64,000 nt of DNA from an uncultured Clostridia bacterium (GTDB taxonomy: Bacteria > Bacillota > Clostridia > Christensenellales > UBA1242): NCBI GenBank assembly GCA_944377485.1, contig CALWFB010000004.1, positions 12,582 through 76,581 on the forward strand, given 5' to 3'. Numbering within the stretch: the stretch's first letter is position 1; each line of letters starts with the position of its first letter. The translations under genes and the position numbers were made by a program. Below the pieces are notes generated by a model. That model searched no databases. It was not told where the DNA came from and saw nothing but the letters and a program-made list of their open reading frames with translations. Positions 52,558 to 63,167 of the stretch are shown here, in pieces.

Positions 52558-52824
52558 TTGGAAATCACAGACATTAGAATCAGATTGGTCAGCAAAGATG
52601 ATAGCAAGTTGAAGGCCGTTGCCTCATTCACGATTGATAATGCATTTGTTGTGCACGATGTGAAGATTATTGAAGGCACCAATGGCAACTTTATCGCTAT
52701 GCCATCAAAGCAAGCACCTAGTGGCGAGTACAGAGATATAGTACACCCATCTAACACTGAGACAAGAGAACAAATTAGTTCTGCTGTACTGGCTGCTTAC
52801 GAGAAAGAAAAAAATAATCAATAG
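52558..52824 (+). CDS. spoVG: septation regulator SpoVG (TTG start)
   Basis: ITDIRIR...KAVASFTID..FVVHDVK...FIAMPS...YRDIVHP. Confidence 0.96.
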   Translation: MEITDIRIRLVSKDDSKLKAVASFTIDNAFVVHDVKIIEGTNGNFIAMPSKQAPSGEYRDIVHPSNTETREQISSAVLAAYEKEKNNQ

Positions 52825-52980
52825 TCTCAGTACACTTCTGCATTAGTTCAATACTATGCAGATTTTTTTTACTCAAAATCTTGTTAGTCGCAATTTTTTC
52901 AATTTAAACCTAATGAAAAATAATTTTTTATTATACGCAACAAAACAAAAAAAACGAGCAATTAAATGCTCGCTTTTTTA

Positions 52981-55900
52981 TTAAACATTTGTCAAGAAGT
53001 TTAATATAATGCCAACTCTATTAGTCCATACATTGTTTGCAAAGTCGAATGTCAATTCTCTTTCATAATGTTGATTATACGGAATGAATAATCCCCATAC
53101 TCTTGCAGTCAATGTGTGAGTTCCTCTAAATGTTGAAGACTGATTGAATTCAGATGAATTTACAGTTTTAACATTGTTGTGGTTTCCTGTTTGATTATAT
53201 GAAGTATTGAATTGTCCTCCTCTGAATTCTGCAGAAATATAAGACTTACCATAATATCCTGCTCTATCTGTATTGATAACAACACTTTCCATTCTACCAG
53301 ATGCGGCAGTACCAGCATAGATGTTGTAGTTATCAGAAGTTCCTTCGCTGGTCTTGTCTTTCCACGTTTCACGATAGAAAGTACCATAACCATTTAGTGT
53401 GCTGTCAATTGTAGCATTTCTTAATGTTGCAGTATTAGGGAATTCCAAAACTAATAGAGATGTTCTAGTATTATTTGTTTGACCATACAATTGGCTAACT
53501 GCTTGAATGTCAGTAATTGTTCCATAAGTAAAGTTATAACATATTCCTGCTACGAATTTATCACCAGTAATGTAATTTTCACTGATTAAATCGCCTTCAG
53601 GATTGAAATTAGCCACCAATACTTGACTAACAGTTGCACTTGCATTTGCCATATTTACTACTACACCAGAGACATAGTTTCCGTATATATCAGAACCTGC
53701 AATAGCTTGTGATATGCTTGAATTTACTGTTGAATTATTTGCAGCAATTCCACCCACATAGAAATCTTTTCCTTCATAATATGAACCGACTGTTGCCATT
53801 AGATTATATGCATTATTGATTGTTGAATTGTTTGTTGCTACTATTCCACCAACATACATTTGAGCAATATTCACATCATTTAGAGCAATTCCTGTTCCTA
53901 ACATTCTAACATTTAATATCGTTCCATTATTTATAGCACTGACTCCACCAACTTGTAAAGTTCTATTTGTCTGTTCAATAGTCATCTCTAATGTCATATT
54001 AGAATTAGAAATTGTACCATTATTCAAGGCACTGATACCTGCAACATATGCATCATTGTTATCTTGTGCATATTTAACAACCACATTACCAGTCAAGTTA
54101 TCAATTGTGCCATAGTTTTCTGCAACTGCTCCACCGACACGTAATGTACCATAAATTGTTGAACTTGTGATATTTGCTTGTGCAAGTGTTCCGTCATTTA
54201 TTATTCCAATTAATCCGCCTACATATGAAGTTGAATTAGAAGAAGGTAAATTCAAGTTTGACACTCCAACATTAATCATTGTTGAATTATTGTCTAATCT
54301 TGCTACTAATCCACCAAAGTATGTACTTGAACCAAGATTTGCAGTTGAATATACAACTTGAACATTTTCAATAAATGAAGCACTTTCAGCAGTAGTTGAA
54401 ATCACTCTTCCAGCCAATGCACCAACATTAGTTGCACCTGTTGTGTTAAGCACTACATTCTCAATTACCAAATCTCTTATAGTTGAATTGTCTATAACTG
54501 AGAATAATCCTAAATCTCCACTCGTATGATTTGTTAAATTTAATCCAGTAATTTTGTAGCCATTACCGTCAATGATGCTATTTTTCAATTCAATAGGTGT
54601 CCAATCTACACCTGTTAAATCTACATCTCCGCCTAAAACATATTTCTTATTAACTATTGCGCCATCAGCATCTAAACAATCTTCAATAAATTGCATGAAT
54701 AATTCTGCATTGGTTTCGCCGTCATTGTCAGGAGTACCTATGGTCTCTTCTTCCAAATCTTTTAAGAAATATTCACTAGAAATAGAACTTAAATTAGCAT
54801 TTGTCATTCTCAATCTAGGTAGTGAGCCAATAATGATGTTCCAAGCTGAATTGTCCCAATATGTCTTCGTATTTTGGTCAATAGCATAGAATACATATTC
54901 TGTATTGTTTGCCATATCTGCCAAATTGTTGAATTGTACTATAAAGTAAATTCCATCAGCTTCGTTATAAAATCCTCTTGTAAAGAAAGTATCATCATAA
55001 CTATTTACTACGTTTCCAGAACTTGCTAATACATAATTACCTACTAAATGTCTCAATTGATTAGCATTTTCTGCTACGAATGAACTATCTTTTTCGATTG
55101 TACCTATGAATGAACCAAAGTTTGCATAAGTGCTAGTTGATACAGAATAAGACTCTTGAATAGAACCACTATTTGTTCCTATGATTAATTTACCAGCAAA
55201 TCCGCCAATATCTCCACTTGCATTGTATAAAGAAATTTCAGTATCGGCGAATGTGGCTTGAACTTTTGCCTTGTCGATTTCGCCCACTAAGCCACCAGCA
55301 ATTCCTGTAATTGTTGAAACCGTAGGATTCTCAGCAGTTGATGCCGTTCCAATTGTCAAAACTGCGTCTTGTACGCTAGATATTGTCAAAGTTGAATTTT
55401 CACCTGACAAACTACCAATCAAAGCACCAGTTTTTGAATTGTTCATAGTGTTTGCAATATTTACATTAACTGCTTGCACTCTTGAAACTGTTCCATTGAC
55501 TGTACCTGCCAAAGCACCTGCTGTTTGATACGCACCTGAAATTTCAACATCTTTAATATTTAAATCTGTCACAACAGAACCAGCATTTAATGTAGTGAAT
55601 AAACCAGCATTTGCATATTCAGTTCCAGTTAAATTTAATGAACTAATTGTATGTCCGTTTCCATTAAATACACCACTAAAACCAAGATATGTTTCTACTG
55701 CATAACTATAACCAATAGGTCTGAAATCATTACTCAAAGTGATATCAGTTCTCAAAGTATAATTAGCATTCAAAGCATAAGTATCACCAATTTTTTGTAA
55801 ATCAGATTGGCTATCAATATAATAAGGATTAGCAACTGAACCGTCACCAATATGAACTGTTATATTAAATTCTGCATATTTTTCGTTAGTAGTAGTAATT

Positions 55901-56190
55901 AAAAGGTTAACTTCTCCACCCTTATTTGCGACATAATAACCTCTATCTTCATTATAGTTGATAAATTGTGTCACTTCCTCACCACCGGCATTAAAGTTAT
56001 ATGTAGTATCTTTATGTTCTTTGAACACTGTATAACCTAAGTCATCTAAGGTTATAACATCTCCTACATTACAATAAATTTCTTTTGTTTTAAAGTCGAT
56101 TGCTTCGTCATTACGCAAAAAATAGTATGTAGTAAGCCCTATGCATACTACAACAACTATTGCAACTAGAAAAACTAAAAATTTCTTCAT
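52981..56190 (-). CDS. large N-anchored surface protein with GLUG-type repeats
   Basis: N-terminal TM; GDGSVANPYYI and FNGNGHTIS motifs; repeated VGG(L/I)(A/V)G units; Asn/Thr/Gly-rich. Confidence 0.75.
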   Translation of the reverse strand: MKKFLVFLVAIVVVVCIGLTTYYFLRNDEAIDFKTKEIYCNVGDVITLDDLGYTVFKEHKDTTYNFNAGGEEVTQFINYNEDRGYYVANKGGEVNLLITTTNEKYAEFNITVHIGDGSVANPYYIDSQSDLQKIGDTYALNANYTLRTDITLSNDFRPIGYSYAVETYLGFSGVFNGNGHTISSLNLTGTEYANAGLFTTLNAGSVVTDLNIKDVEISGAYQTAGALAGTVNGTVSRVQAVNVNIANTMNNSKTGALIGSLSGENSTLTISSVQDAVLTIGTASTAENPTVSTITGIAGGLVGEIDKAKVQATFADTEISLYNASGDIGGFAGKLIIGTNSGSIQESYSVSTSTYANFGSFIGTIEKDSSFVAENANQLRHLVGNYVLASSGNVVNSYDDTFFTRGFYNEADGIYFIVQFNNLADMANNTEYVFYAIDQNTKTYWDNSAWNIIIGSLPRLRMTNANLSSISSEYFLKDLEEETIGTPDNDGETNAELFMQFIEDCLDADGAIVNKKYVLGGDVDLTGVDWTPIELKNSIIDGNGYKITGLNLTNHTSGDLGLFSVIDNSTIRDLVIENVVLNTTGATNVGALAGRVISTTAESASFIENVQVVYSTANLGSSTYFGGLVARLDNNSTMINVGVSNLNLPSSNSTSYVGGLIGIINDGTLAQANITSSTIYGTLRVGGAVAENYGTIDNLTGNVVVKYAQDNNDAYVAGISALNNGTISNSNMTLEMTIEQTNRTLQVGGVSAINNGTILNVRMLGTGIALNDVNIAQMYVGGIVATNNSTINNAYNLMATVGSYYEGKDFYVGGIAANNSTVNSSISQAIAGSDIYGNYVSGVVVNMANASATVSQVLVANFNPEGDLISENYITGDKFVAGICYNFTYGTITDIQAVSQLYGQTNNTRTSLLVLEFPNTATLRNATIDSTLNGYGTFYRETWKDKTSEGTSDNYNIYAGTAASGRMESVVINTDRAGYYGKSYISAEFRGGQFNTSYNQTGNHNNVKTVNSSEFNQSSTFRGTHTLTARVWGLFIPYNQHYERELTFDFANNVWTNRVGIILNFLTNV

Positions 56191-56556
56191 AATTCCTTCC
56201 CCACAATAATTTGATATAGTTATTATAACCCAAAACTAAAATTTGTCAATACCAATTTTTATTTTTCAATAAAATTAAACTAATATTAGTTTATTAACAT
56301 ACTGTTAATTATAACGCTTTACTTTTGCTAAAACGTAAAAAATGATAAAAAAATTTAAAAATTTAGTATTTTTTTATATTAAAATTTAAACAATTATGAA
56401 AAAAAATAAAAAAAATTATTTTTTTAAAAAACTGGACAGTCTAAACTATCCAGTTTCCTTACCAACCTATTTAAAAGCTATCCTGTGTTTTCTTTTGTTT
56501 TTATTTCTTACATTATATTATTATATTTGTAAATTGTATTATTGAAAATGTATAAA

Positions 56557-57627
56557 TTAACTATTTGGTTCTATTGTTGTCTCTTTTGCCTCTAAATCTA
56601 GTAAGACCTTTTCTACGCGTTCATCAATCTTTCCGTTTTGAGCATAATTTTCTTTTAAATAATTTAAAACATTTTTATCTAATTCATACAGTCTATTAGT
56701 AAGCAACTCAACTGGCGCATTATCTATTTCACGTATGAAGATATATATTAATCCTATATCTTTTTTCTTTGCCATTGCTTTTGATATTCGTGCAATCGAA
56801 GCACCCTTTATATCTCGTGCGGCTAAATATAATCCATCAGCATCAGACCTTAAACATAAAGTATTGATTAATTTTTCGATATTGTCAGCTGGAATATTAT
56901 CGTTCTCTGTTAAAAACTTATAAATTGTTTCAAAGTTCCCAAACTTACTAAGTCTACGTGTCTCAGTTTCTATTTCCTCTGCTGTCAATACTTTTTTCTT
57001 TTCTTTTTCGACCAGTTTCTTAGCATTTGTTGTTCTTTTTGGTTTTACTGTCTTATTATCTTCTTTTTCGTTATTACTCATGCTATCTCCACCATTTGAC
57101 TCTTGTTGAGTATTTTTATTTTCTTCTGATTTGGTTTCTTCTTTCTTAGTAATTTCTTTTTCAACTTTCGTTTCAGTCGATGAATTGGTCTTTTTATTAT
57201 TTTGCCTTCTTACTTTTGATTCTGTGCTTGTCTTTTGTTTTTGTTGTTTTTCTTCTTTTTCATTTAGCTCTTCTTTTTCTAATTCATCAATGTGAGATTT
57301 GAGTGCGGAATAAATCTTTTGTTTATTAGATTTAGACAAATAGTTAATTCCCAATTCTTTTATTAACAATAATTTGTCAATTACATAAGTATATTGTTTA
57401 GCATCATACTCTTTAACAATTTCATCTGCAACAAATTTCGTAAAAAATGCTCGTATATCACTTTTTATTTGAGCATTAACAGATGAACCCTGTACTATCT
57501 GATATACCCTGCATAATGAGTTGAAACCTTTTGTCGAATATGCAATTTGCATTTTGTCTTTAATCAAAGATACAAAATCTTGATTTGAATTTTTATTTGC
57601 ATCTTTTTCTTTTCTTCCCAACGCCAT
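56557..57627 (-). CDS. hypothetical protein with a charged low-complexity linker
   Basis: Start moved to ATG 57627 (AAGGA SD, TTGACA promoter upstream); helical C-terminal region. Confidence 0.65.
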   Translation of the reverse strand: MALGRKEKDANKNSNQDFVSLIKDKMQIAYSTKGFNSLCRVYQIVQGSSVNAQIKSDIRAFFTKFVADEIVKEYDAKQYTYVIDKLLLIKELGINYLSKSNKQKIYSALKSHIDELEKEELNEKEEKQQKQKTSTESKVRRQNNKKTNSSTETKVEKEITKKEETKSEENKNTQQESNGGDSMSNNEKEDNKTVKPKRTTNAKKLVEKEKKKVLTAEEIETETRRLSKFGNFETIYKFLTENDNIPADNIEKLINTLCLRSDADGLYLAARDIKGASIARISKAMAKKKDIGLIYIFIREIDNAPVELLTNRLYELDKNVLNYLKENYAQNGKIDERVEKVLLDLEAKETTIEPNS

Positions 57628-57888
57628 AATTAACCATCCTTTGTCTATAATTTTTATTATTTTATCATTACTTTTAAGACTTGTCAATATCTTATCATTA
57701 CTTATTATACAATAATTTATATGAACTTAACTTATATTTATACCAATATGATATAAAACTATTATCTATTTTTATAAACTTTTAAAACCTTACAAGAAAA
57801 TATTGAACCATTTATAAATTCACAGAAATTGAAAAACAATAAAAAATCTATTTGATTTAATCTAAAAATTGTTATAATATTATTTAAT

Positions 57889-60102
57889 ATGAAAATTACT
57901 GGCACACTTGAAAACATTGTATTTAGAAATGACGAAAATGGATATTCTGTCGTCAATCTTTCTTGCGACAAGAAAAAAGTGACAGCCGTTGGCAATTTCC
58001 CAGAGATTTTTGAAGGACAAACACTTGAACTAACAGGTGAATATATTGTAAACAAAAAATTTGGCGAACAATTTAAAGCAGATGAAATATCTGTGGTAGA
58101 ACCAACCAGTTTGCCGGCAATAGAAAAATACTTGGCAAGTGGATTAATCTATGGTATAGGCCCTGTGACTGCAAAAAAAATCGTAGATGAATTCAAAGAA
58201 GACACATTAACGATTTTAGAATTTAATCCTGTCAAATTGAGTAAAATTAAAGGAATAAGCCGTCAAAAAGCAATAGAGATATCCAATGCCTACAATGAAA
58301 TGAAAGAGATGCAAAATGTGATAATGTTCTTGCAATCACATTTCATAAGTACGAACATGGCAATTAAAATATATAATGTGTATAAAACAAAAACGATTGA
58401 AATAGTAAAAAACAATCCATATCAATTAATTGAAGATATAGATGGAATTGGTTTCACCACTGCTGACAAAATTGCCATAAAACTAGGAATTGATTTATAT
58501 GGAGAAAACCGAATAAAAGCAGGTCTTGTGTACACGTTGAAAACATACAGTGAAAGAGAAGGTCACACATATCTCCCACGTGAGAATTTAATACAAAATT
58601 GCTTAGAAATTCTTAATTTTTCAGAAAATGAGCGAGAAATCGTACAAAAAAGCATTGATTATCTTCAAATTGAAGGCATGATTAAAAATTTTTCTTATCA
58701 TGGTGAAGAAATTTGTGTATTAACCAAATTTTATTTTCAAGAAAAATATATTGCCAGAAAATTATATAAATTGTCATATAATCAATTTGAAGAAAAAATG
58801 AATTTTATTGATAATATCAACCATTATCAAAGAATTCACAAAATAGAACTAAATGGTGAACAAACTGATGCAGTGCTAGCCAGTCAAACTAAGGGTGTAT
58901 CAATAATTACTGGTGGACCCGGTACTGGTAAAACGACCATTGTCAGATGCATATTGGAAATGTTTAAACAACAAAACAAACGAGTTTTGTTATGCGCCCC
59001 AACTGGAAGAGCTGCAAAACGATTGAGCGAGAGTTGTGGTATGGAGGCTAAAACTATACACAGAGCCCTAGAAATGAACCCAACAGAAAATGAAGGCATT
59101 TTTCATCGCAATGAGAATAATCCGCTTGATGCTGACGTAATTGTAATTGATGAAATGAGTATGGTTGATGTGAGTCTATTTTACCATTTGTTGAAAGCTG
59201 TCCGCTCTACCACTCGAATAATAATGGTTGGAGATAAAGACCAGCTACCAAGTGTCGGAGCAGGAAATGTTCTGCGTGATTTAATCGAATCAGACCGTTT
59301 ACACGTCACCCAACTGATTAATATATATAGACAAGGGAATGATAGTTTAATTATAACAAATGCACACTTAATTAATAGTGGCAAAATGCCAATAATTGAT
59401 AATACTAGTAAAGACTTCTTTTATGAACAAGGCAAAGACCTAATATCTAACAGTGAAACCATAATTGATTTGGTCAGCACTAGACTTCCAAATTATTTTG
59501 GCTATAAACCAGAAGACATTCAAGTCCTTGCTCCTATGAAAGCTGGACCCTGCGGAATTGATAATTTAAACAAGCGTTTACAAATGACTATAAATCCTCA
59601 TTATAGCGGAATTGAGCTAGCATCAGACTTTTCAAGATTTCATGTTGGTGACAAAATTATGCAAATGCAAAATAATTACGAACAGAAATATGAAAAATAT
59701 GAAGCAAATGGTACCATTCAAGAAGGCAGTGGTGTTTTCAATGGTGATATTGGATACATTAAACATATCGAGTCTGATACTCATGAGGTGACCATTAGAT
59801 TTGATGATGGTAAAATATGCAGGTATGCAAAGACAGATTTATATCAAATCAGTCTTGCTTATGCTATTACTATACACAAAAGTCAAGGTAGTGAATTTGA
59901 TTGTGTAGTCATTCCTCTTGTCCCTGGTGCTCCAATTATAATCACTAGAAATTTATTATATACGGCAATCACACGTGCAAAGAAGACTGTTGTTCTAGTA
60001 GGAAGCAAACAAATTTTAGCACGAATGATTCATAATAATTACACTGCAAAACGTTATACTTTATTAAAAGATTTTTTAATAGAAGAATTTAGTCAAGATT
60101 AA
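57889..60102 (+). CDS. recD2: ATP-dependent RecD-like DNA helicase
   Basis: GIGPVTA HhH, TGGPGTGKTT, DEMSM, GDKDQLPSVG, AITIHKSQGSEF and LYTAITRAK motifs. Confidence 0.96.
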   Translation: MKITGTLENIVFRNDENGYSVVNLSCDKKKVTAVGNFPEIFEGQTLELTGEYIVNKKFGEQFKADEISVVEPTSLPAIEKYLASGLIYGIGPVTAKKIVDEFKEDTLTILEFNPVKLSKIKGISRQKAIEISNAYNEMKEMQNVIMFLQSHFISTNMAIKIYNVYKTKTIEIVKNNPYQLIEDIDGIGFTTADKIAIKLGIDLYGENRIKAGLVYTLKTYSEREGHTYLPRENLIQNCLEILNFSENEREIVQKSIDYLQIEGMIKNFSYHGEEICVLTKFYFQEKYIARKLYKLSYNQFEEKMNFIDNINHYQRIHKIELNGEQTDAVLASQTKGVSIITGGPGTGKTTIVRCILEMFKQQNKRVLLCAPTGRAAKRLSESCGMEAKTIHRALEMNPTENEGIFHRNENNPLDADVIVIDEMSMVDVSLFYHLLKAVRSTTRIIMVGDKDQLPSVGAGNVLRDLIESDRLHVTQLINIYRQGNDSLIITNAHLINSGKMPIIDNTSKDFFYEQGKDLISNSETIIDLVSTRLPNYFGYKPEDIQVLAPMKAGPCGIDNLNKRLQMTINPHYSGIELASDFSRFHVGDKIMQMQNNYEQKYEKYEANGTIQEGSGVFNGDIGYIKHIESDTHEVTIRFDDGKICRYAKTDLYQISLAYAITIHKSQGSEFDCVVIPLVPGAPIIITRNLLYTAITRAKKTVVLVGSKQILARMIHNNYTAKRYTLLKDFLIEEFSQD

Positions 60103-60304
60103 ATTTACATTAAAAATAATTAAAAAAATAAAAAAATATTATAAATTAATTAAAAAACAATATAAATTCATTAAAATATATTGTTTTTTATTTTTTTATT
60201 TTTAAATTATAAATAAAATTATATAATTTATCTTAATATTTTTCGCATAAAATAAAATTATAATAATATAAATAAAAATAATTTTTTGAAAATTAAATCT
60301 TTTA

Positions 60305-61051
60305 TTAAATTTTTTGATTTCCTAAACCATGAGCCAGTGTCAACACATATATCTCTTTTGCTCCAGCAGACAAAATAATTTTGCTTAATTCATTACATGT
60401 GGAACCTGTTGTGTATACATCGTCAATAATTAAAACCGTCTTATCTTTTACTTCTTTTTTGTATTCGTTATTAAATTTGAATACGTTCTTCACATTTTCC
60501 TTTCTTTGCTTTAAATCTAATTCCGTCTGACTTATGTTATCCACAATTTTCACACACAAGTCATAATAAGGAATGTTATATTTTTCACTTAAAAATCTAG
60601 CAATGCATTCAGATTGATTATATCCTCTTCTTTTTAATTTTGATAAATGTAAAGGAACACTTGTTATTATATCTGGATTTATGTTCCATGTAGCAAAATA
60701 TTCGCACAAAAATTTTCCTAGTGGTTCGGACAAAAACTTCATTCTATTATATTTAAATTTGTGTATTACAGAAATAATTTTGTCTTTATATGAAAATACA
60801 CATCTAGCTAATTTAAAATCAAAATTACTAGATTTACAATTAAGACAAACTCCGCTGTTATCATCTCCAACAGGTGCTCCACATCTAAGACATGAATGAG
60901 TTATGAAAGGTAAAGAATTCATACATTCTTCGCACGTGTCATTATATGAATTCTCATTCAATTCATTGCCACAAAAAATGCACTTTATATGTCTAGGATA
61001 AAGTAAATCTAATATATAGTCTTTAAATTTCTTTAATTTATTCGCATTCAT
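60305..61051 (-). CDS. comF: ComF-family competence protein (double zinc ribbon plus PRTase)
   Basis: Four CxxC pairs, RRGYNQS and IDDVYTTGST motifs. Confidence 0.92.
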   Translation of the reverse strand: MNANKLKKFKDYILDLLYPRHIKCIFCGNELNENSYNDTCEECMNSLPFITHSCLRCGAPVGDDNSGVCLNCKSSNFDFKLARCVFSYKDKIISVIHKFKYNRMKFLSEPLGKFLCEYFATWNINPDIITSVPLHLSKLKRRGYNQSECIARFLSEKYNIPYYDLCVKIVDNISQTELDLKQRKENVKNVFKFNNEYKKEVKDKTVLIIDDVYTTGSTCNELSKIILSAGAKEIYVLTLAHGLGNQKI

Positions 61052-61206
61052 CTTTCGTAAATTTATTTTTTAACTGTTATATCTATATTAAATTAAATAA
61101 AAAATTTATTATATAATACTTATTTTTATATTTAATGTCAAATATTTATTAAATTTCAAATAAAAAATAAAATTTTTTAATTATTAATAATAAAAAAGCT
61201 GACTAA

Positions 61207-61530
61207 TTAGTCAGCTATAAAATAAAATGTATTTTTAACTTGTGGTAATTTAGCATAGCGATATAAAATATTAAAATAAGAATCTTCGTTTAAATTTATA
61301 TTTAATTTTGTGCTCATTCCAACATTATGAATCAATCTTTCAACAAATTCAGCAAAGAAATATGGCATCTCTTGGTAATGATTTTTTTTAACCTCTGCCA
61401 AATCAAATTTGATAAAACCATATTGTTTTAGAAATTCATCTTTGTCTGGCAATGATTTATACATGTATTCTTCTCCATCAAAAGACAGCTCTCCTATCTT
61501 ATAATTTTCATAACAAAGTTTAATTTTCAT
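61207..61530 (-). CDS. HipA N-terminal-like (Couple_hipA/HipS-like) small protein
   Basis: KLCYENYKIGELSFDGEEYMY...MPYFF pattern; ATG 61530 overlaps the kinase stop. Confidence 0.5.
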   Translation of the reverse strand: MKIKLCYENYKIGELSFDGEEYMYKSLPDKDEFLKQYGFIKFDLAEVKKNHYQEMPYFFAEFVERLIHNVGMSTKLNINLNEDSYFNILYRYAKLPQVKNTFYFIAD

Positions 61531-63076
61531 AAGCGACCTCACGAACACCAAATTTACCATCTAATTCTAAACCGAAATTAATTAATCTAGATTTTTCTGT
61601 TTCATTTAATTTTTTATTTGTGAAAGAATTTACATATTTAATATATTTCTTTAAAGTTTTTTCTATCTGTTTAAATAATTTTTTATCTTCATTGCTAAGT
61701 TTTGATTCGTCATGTTTTACACTTTCTATCCAATCTTGTAATTCTTTAAATAATGGATATTCTTCACATACGAACATCATACCTTGATTCTGTACAAAAT
61801 TTTTATCACGCTTTTCTTCTTTAAACATATAATCTCTATCAAAAAATAAATAATTAATATCAGCCTCGAAAGAGTGAACCACAAATTTCCTCTCCATATT
61901 GTATTCTAATATCTTACTATAATATTGAAGTCTTTTCCTTTGCAATTCATCATGAGCCAATTTAATCTCTGGATTATCATTATCAAGCGCCAATTTTTTG
62001 CATTCATCGTAATATTTCCAAAAATAAATTTCTCCTCTCTTCCCTGAATTGAAATTTTTTATATTTGCACTATATTCATCATCTGAAAAATACGCACTCA
62101 ATTTAGAACATATATCACCTATTTCATCTTCATTAATTTCATTTGCATGACGTTTCATTACTGCATACACGACTTCAAATGGTATATATTCTTCATTATT
62201 TTCTCTCAAATGACAATTTTTTATTTTTAAAATTACTACCGATTGAATTTCATCTTTCATTGACAAATATATATCTTTACCAAATAGTTCTTTTAGTCCG
62301 TATTGAGAATCAAATTCCTCCATAAGTTCTGCAAATTTTTCATCACTAAATGTCTGTTCAAACCATGTCAGCATCTCTTTATATTGAGTATTTAATAATT
62401 TCTGCTGCTCAAAACCGTAAACTTTGCAATCATTTGGATTCATTCGATAAAAGTCTTTGGTCTTATAAAAAAATGCATTTCCGTTATCATACATTGGTGC
62501 TAAATCTAAGACATATTTATCTTTATTTTCTTTCATTACAAACGCAAAATTATTGTTATGTCTATCACTTTGTTTAGTTAGATAATCAAAGCAAATCATT
62601 TTGTTCAATTTATTTGTCAATGCTTGTTTGTCCAATTCTAAATTCGGAGTGTCTTTAATTCTATTTTCAATATTCTTGATTATATCATCAGTTGTGGTTG
62701 CTGCTCCGCACGTTCCAATTTGTTCGCCAAAACAAGCATAAGTCGCATGTTTACCAAAATCAGGAGAAATTACACCTATTGCTTTTGTTTTATGGTCGAT
62801 TAATAATTTAGTATCAATACAGTCTATACCAACTTTTTTAGCAATAAAAGAAACAAATAGTTCGACAAATATTTCATAATCGAATCCTCCAAGTGCAGGA
62901 TATTTTACAAAATATTTTTTACCATCAATCTCAATAAATTTACTTGCCGTTCTACCTAAATGAGAACAGTATTCAGAATCTTTTGTATTCTCTATTTCAT
63001 AAACACCTGATAGTCCTTTTAATTTTGTACTATCCAAATGCTCATAAAGAGAATCCGTATTTTTTATTTCACTCAT
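61520..63076 (-). CDS. HipA/CtkA-family kinase with a long C-terminal extension
   Basis: YFVK, ELFVS, FDYL..QSDRHNNN and LAPMYDNG catalytic motifs; ATG 63076 lies 6 nt after TTGACA-17-TATAAT. Confidence 0.8.
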   Translation of the reverse strand: MSEIKNTDSLYEHLDSTKLKGLSGVYEIENTKDSEYCSHLGRTASKFIEIDGKKYFVKYPALGGFDYEIFVELFVSFIAKKVGIDCIDTKLLIDHKTKAIGVISPDFGKHATYACFGEQIGTCGAATTTDDIIKNIENRIKDTPNLELDKQALTNKLNKMICFDYLTKQSDRHNNNFAFVMKENKDKYVLDLAPMYDNGNAFFYKTKDFYRMNPNDCKVYGFEQQKLLNTQYKEMLTWFEQTFSDEKFAELMEEFDSQYGLKELFGKDIYLSMKDEIQSVVILKIKNCHLRENNEEYIPFEVVYAVMKRHANEINEDEIGDICSKLSAYFSDDEYSANIKNFNSGKRGEIYFWKYYDECKKLALDNDNPEIKLAHDELQRKRLQYYSKILEYNMERKFVVHSFEADINYLFFDRDYMFKEEKRDKNFVQNQGMMFVCEEYPLFKELQDWIESVKHDESKLSNEDKKLFKQIEKTLKKYIKYVNSFTNKKLNETEKSRLINFGLELDGKFGVREVAYEN

Positions 63077-63167
63077 AATTATATTATACACCTTCCATAA
63101 TACATTGTCAATATTTAAACAAATTATGAAAAATATCTTTAAATTTTTTTAATGCAAGAAAATAATT

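Noticed and set aside
2970-59384. Numerous opposite-strand or alternate-frame ORFs in the track (e.g. 2970-3551, 31123-31542, 37224-37718, 47141-47758)
   Set aside because: They are shadows of well-conserved genes, with no SD or recognisable motifs.
60537-60545. Perfect DnaA box TTATCCACA (near-matches around 25902 and 46211)
   Set aside because: Isolated, inside comF, with no cluster or dnaA; not an origin.
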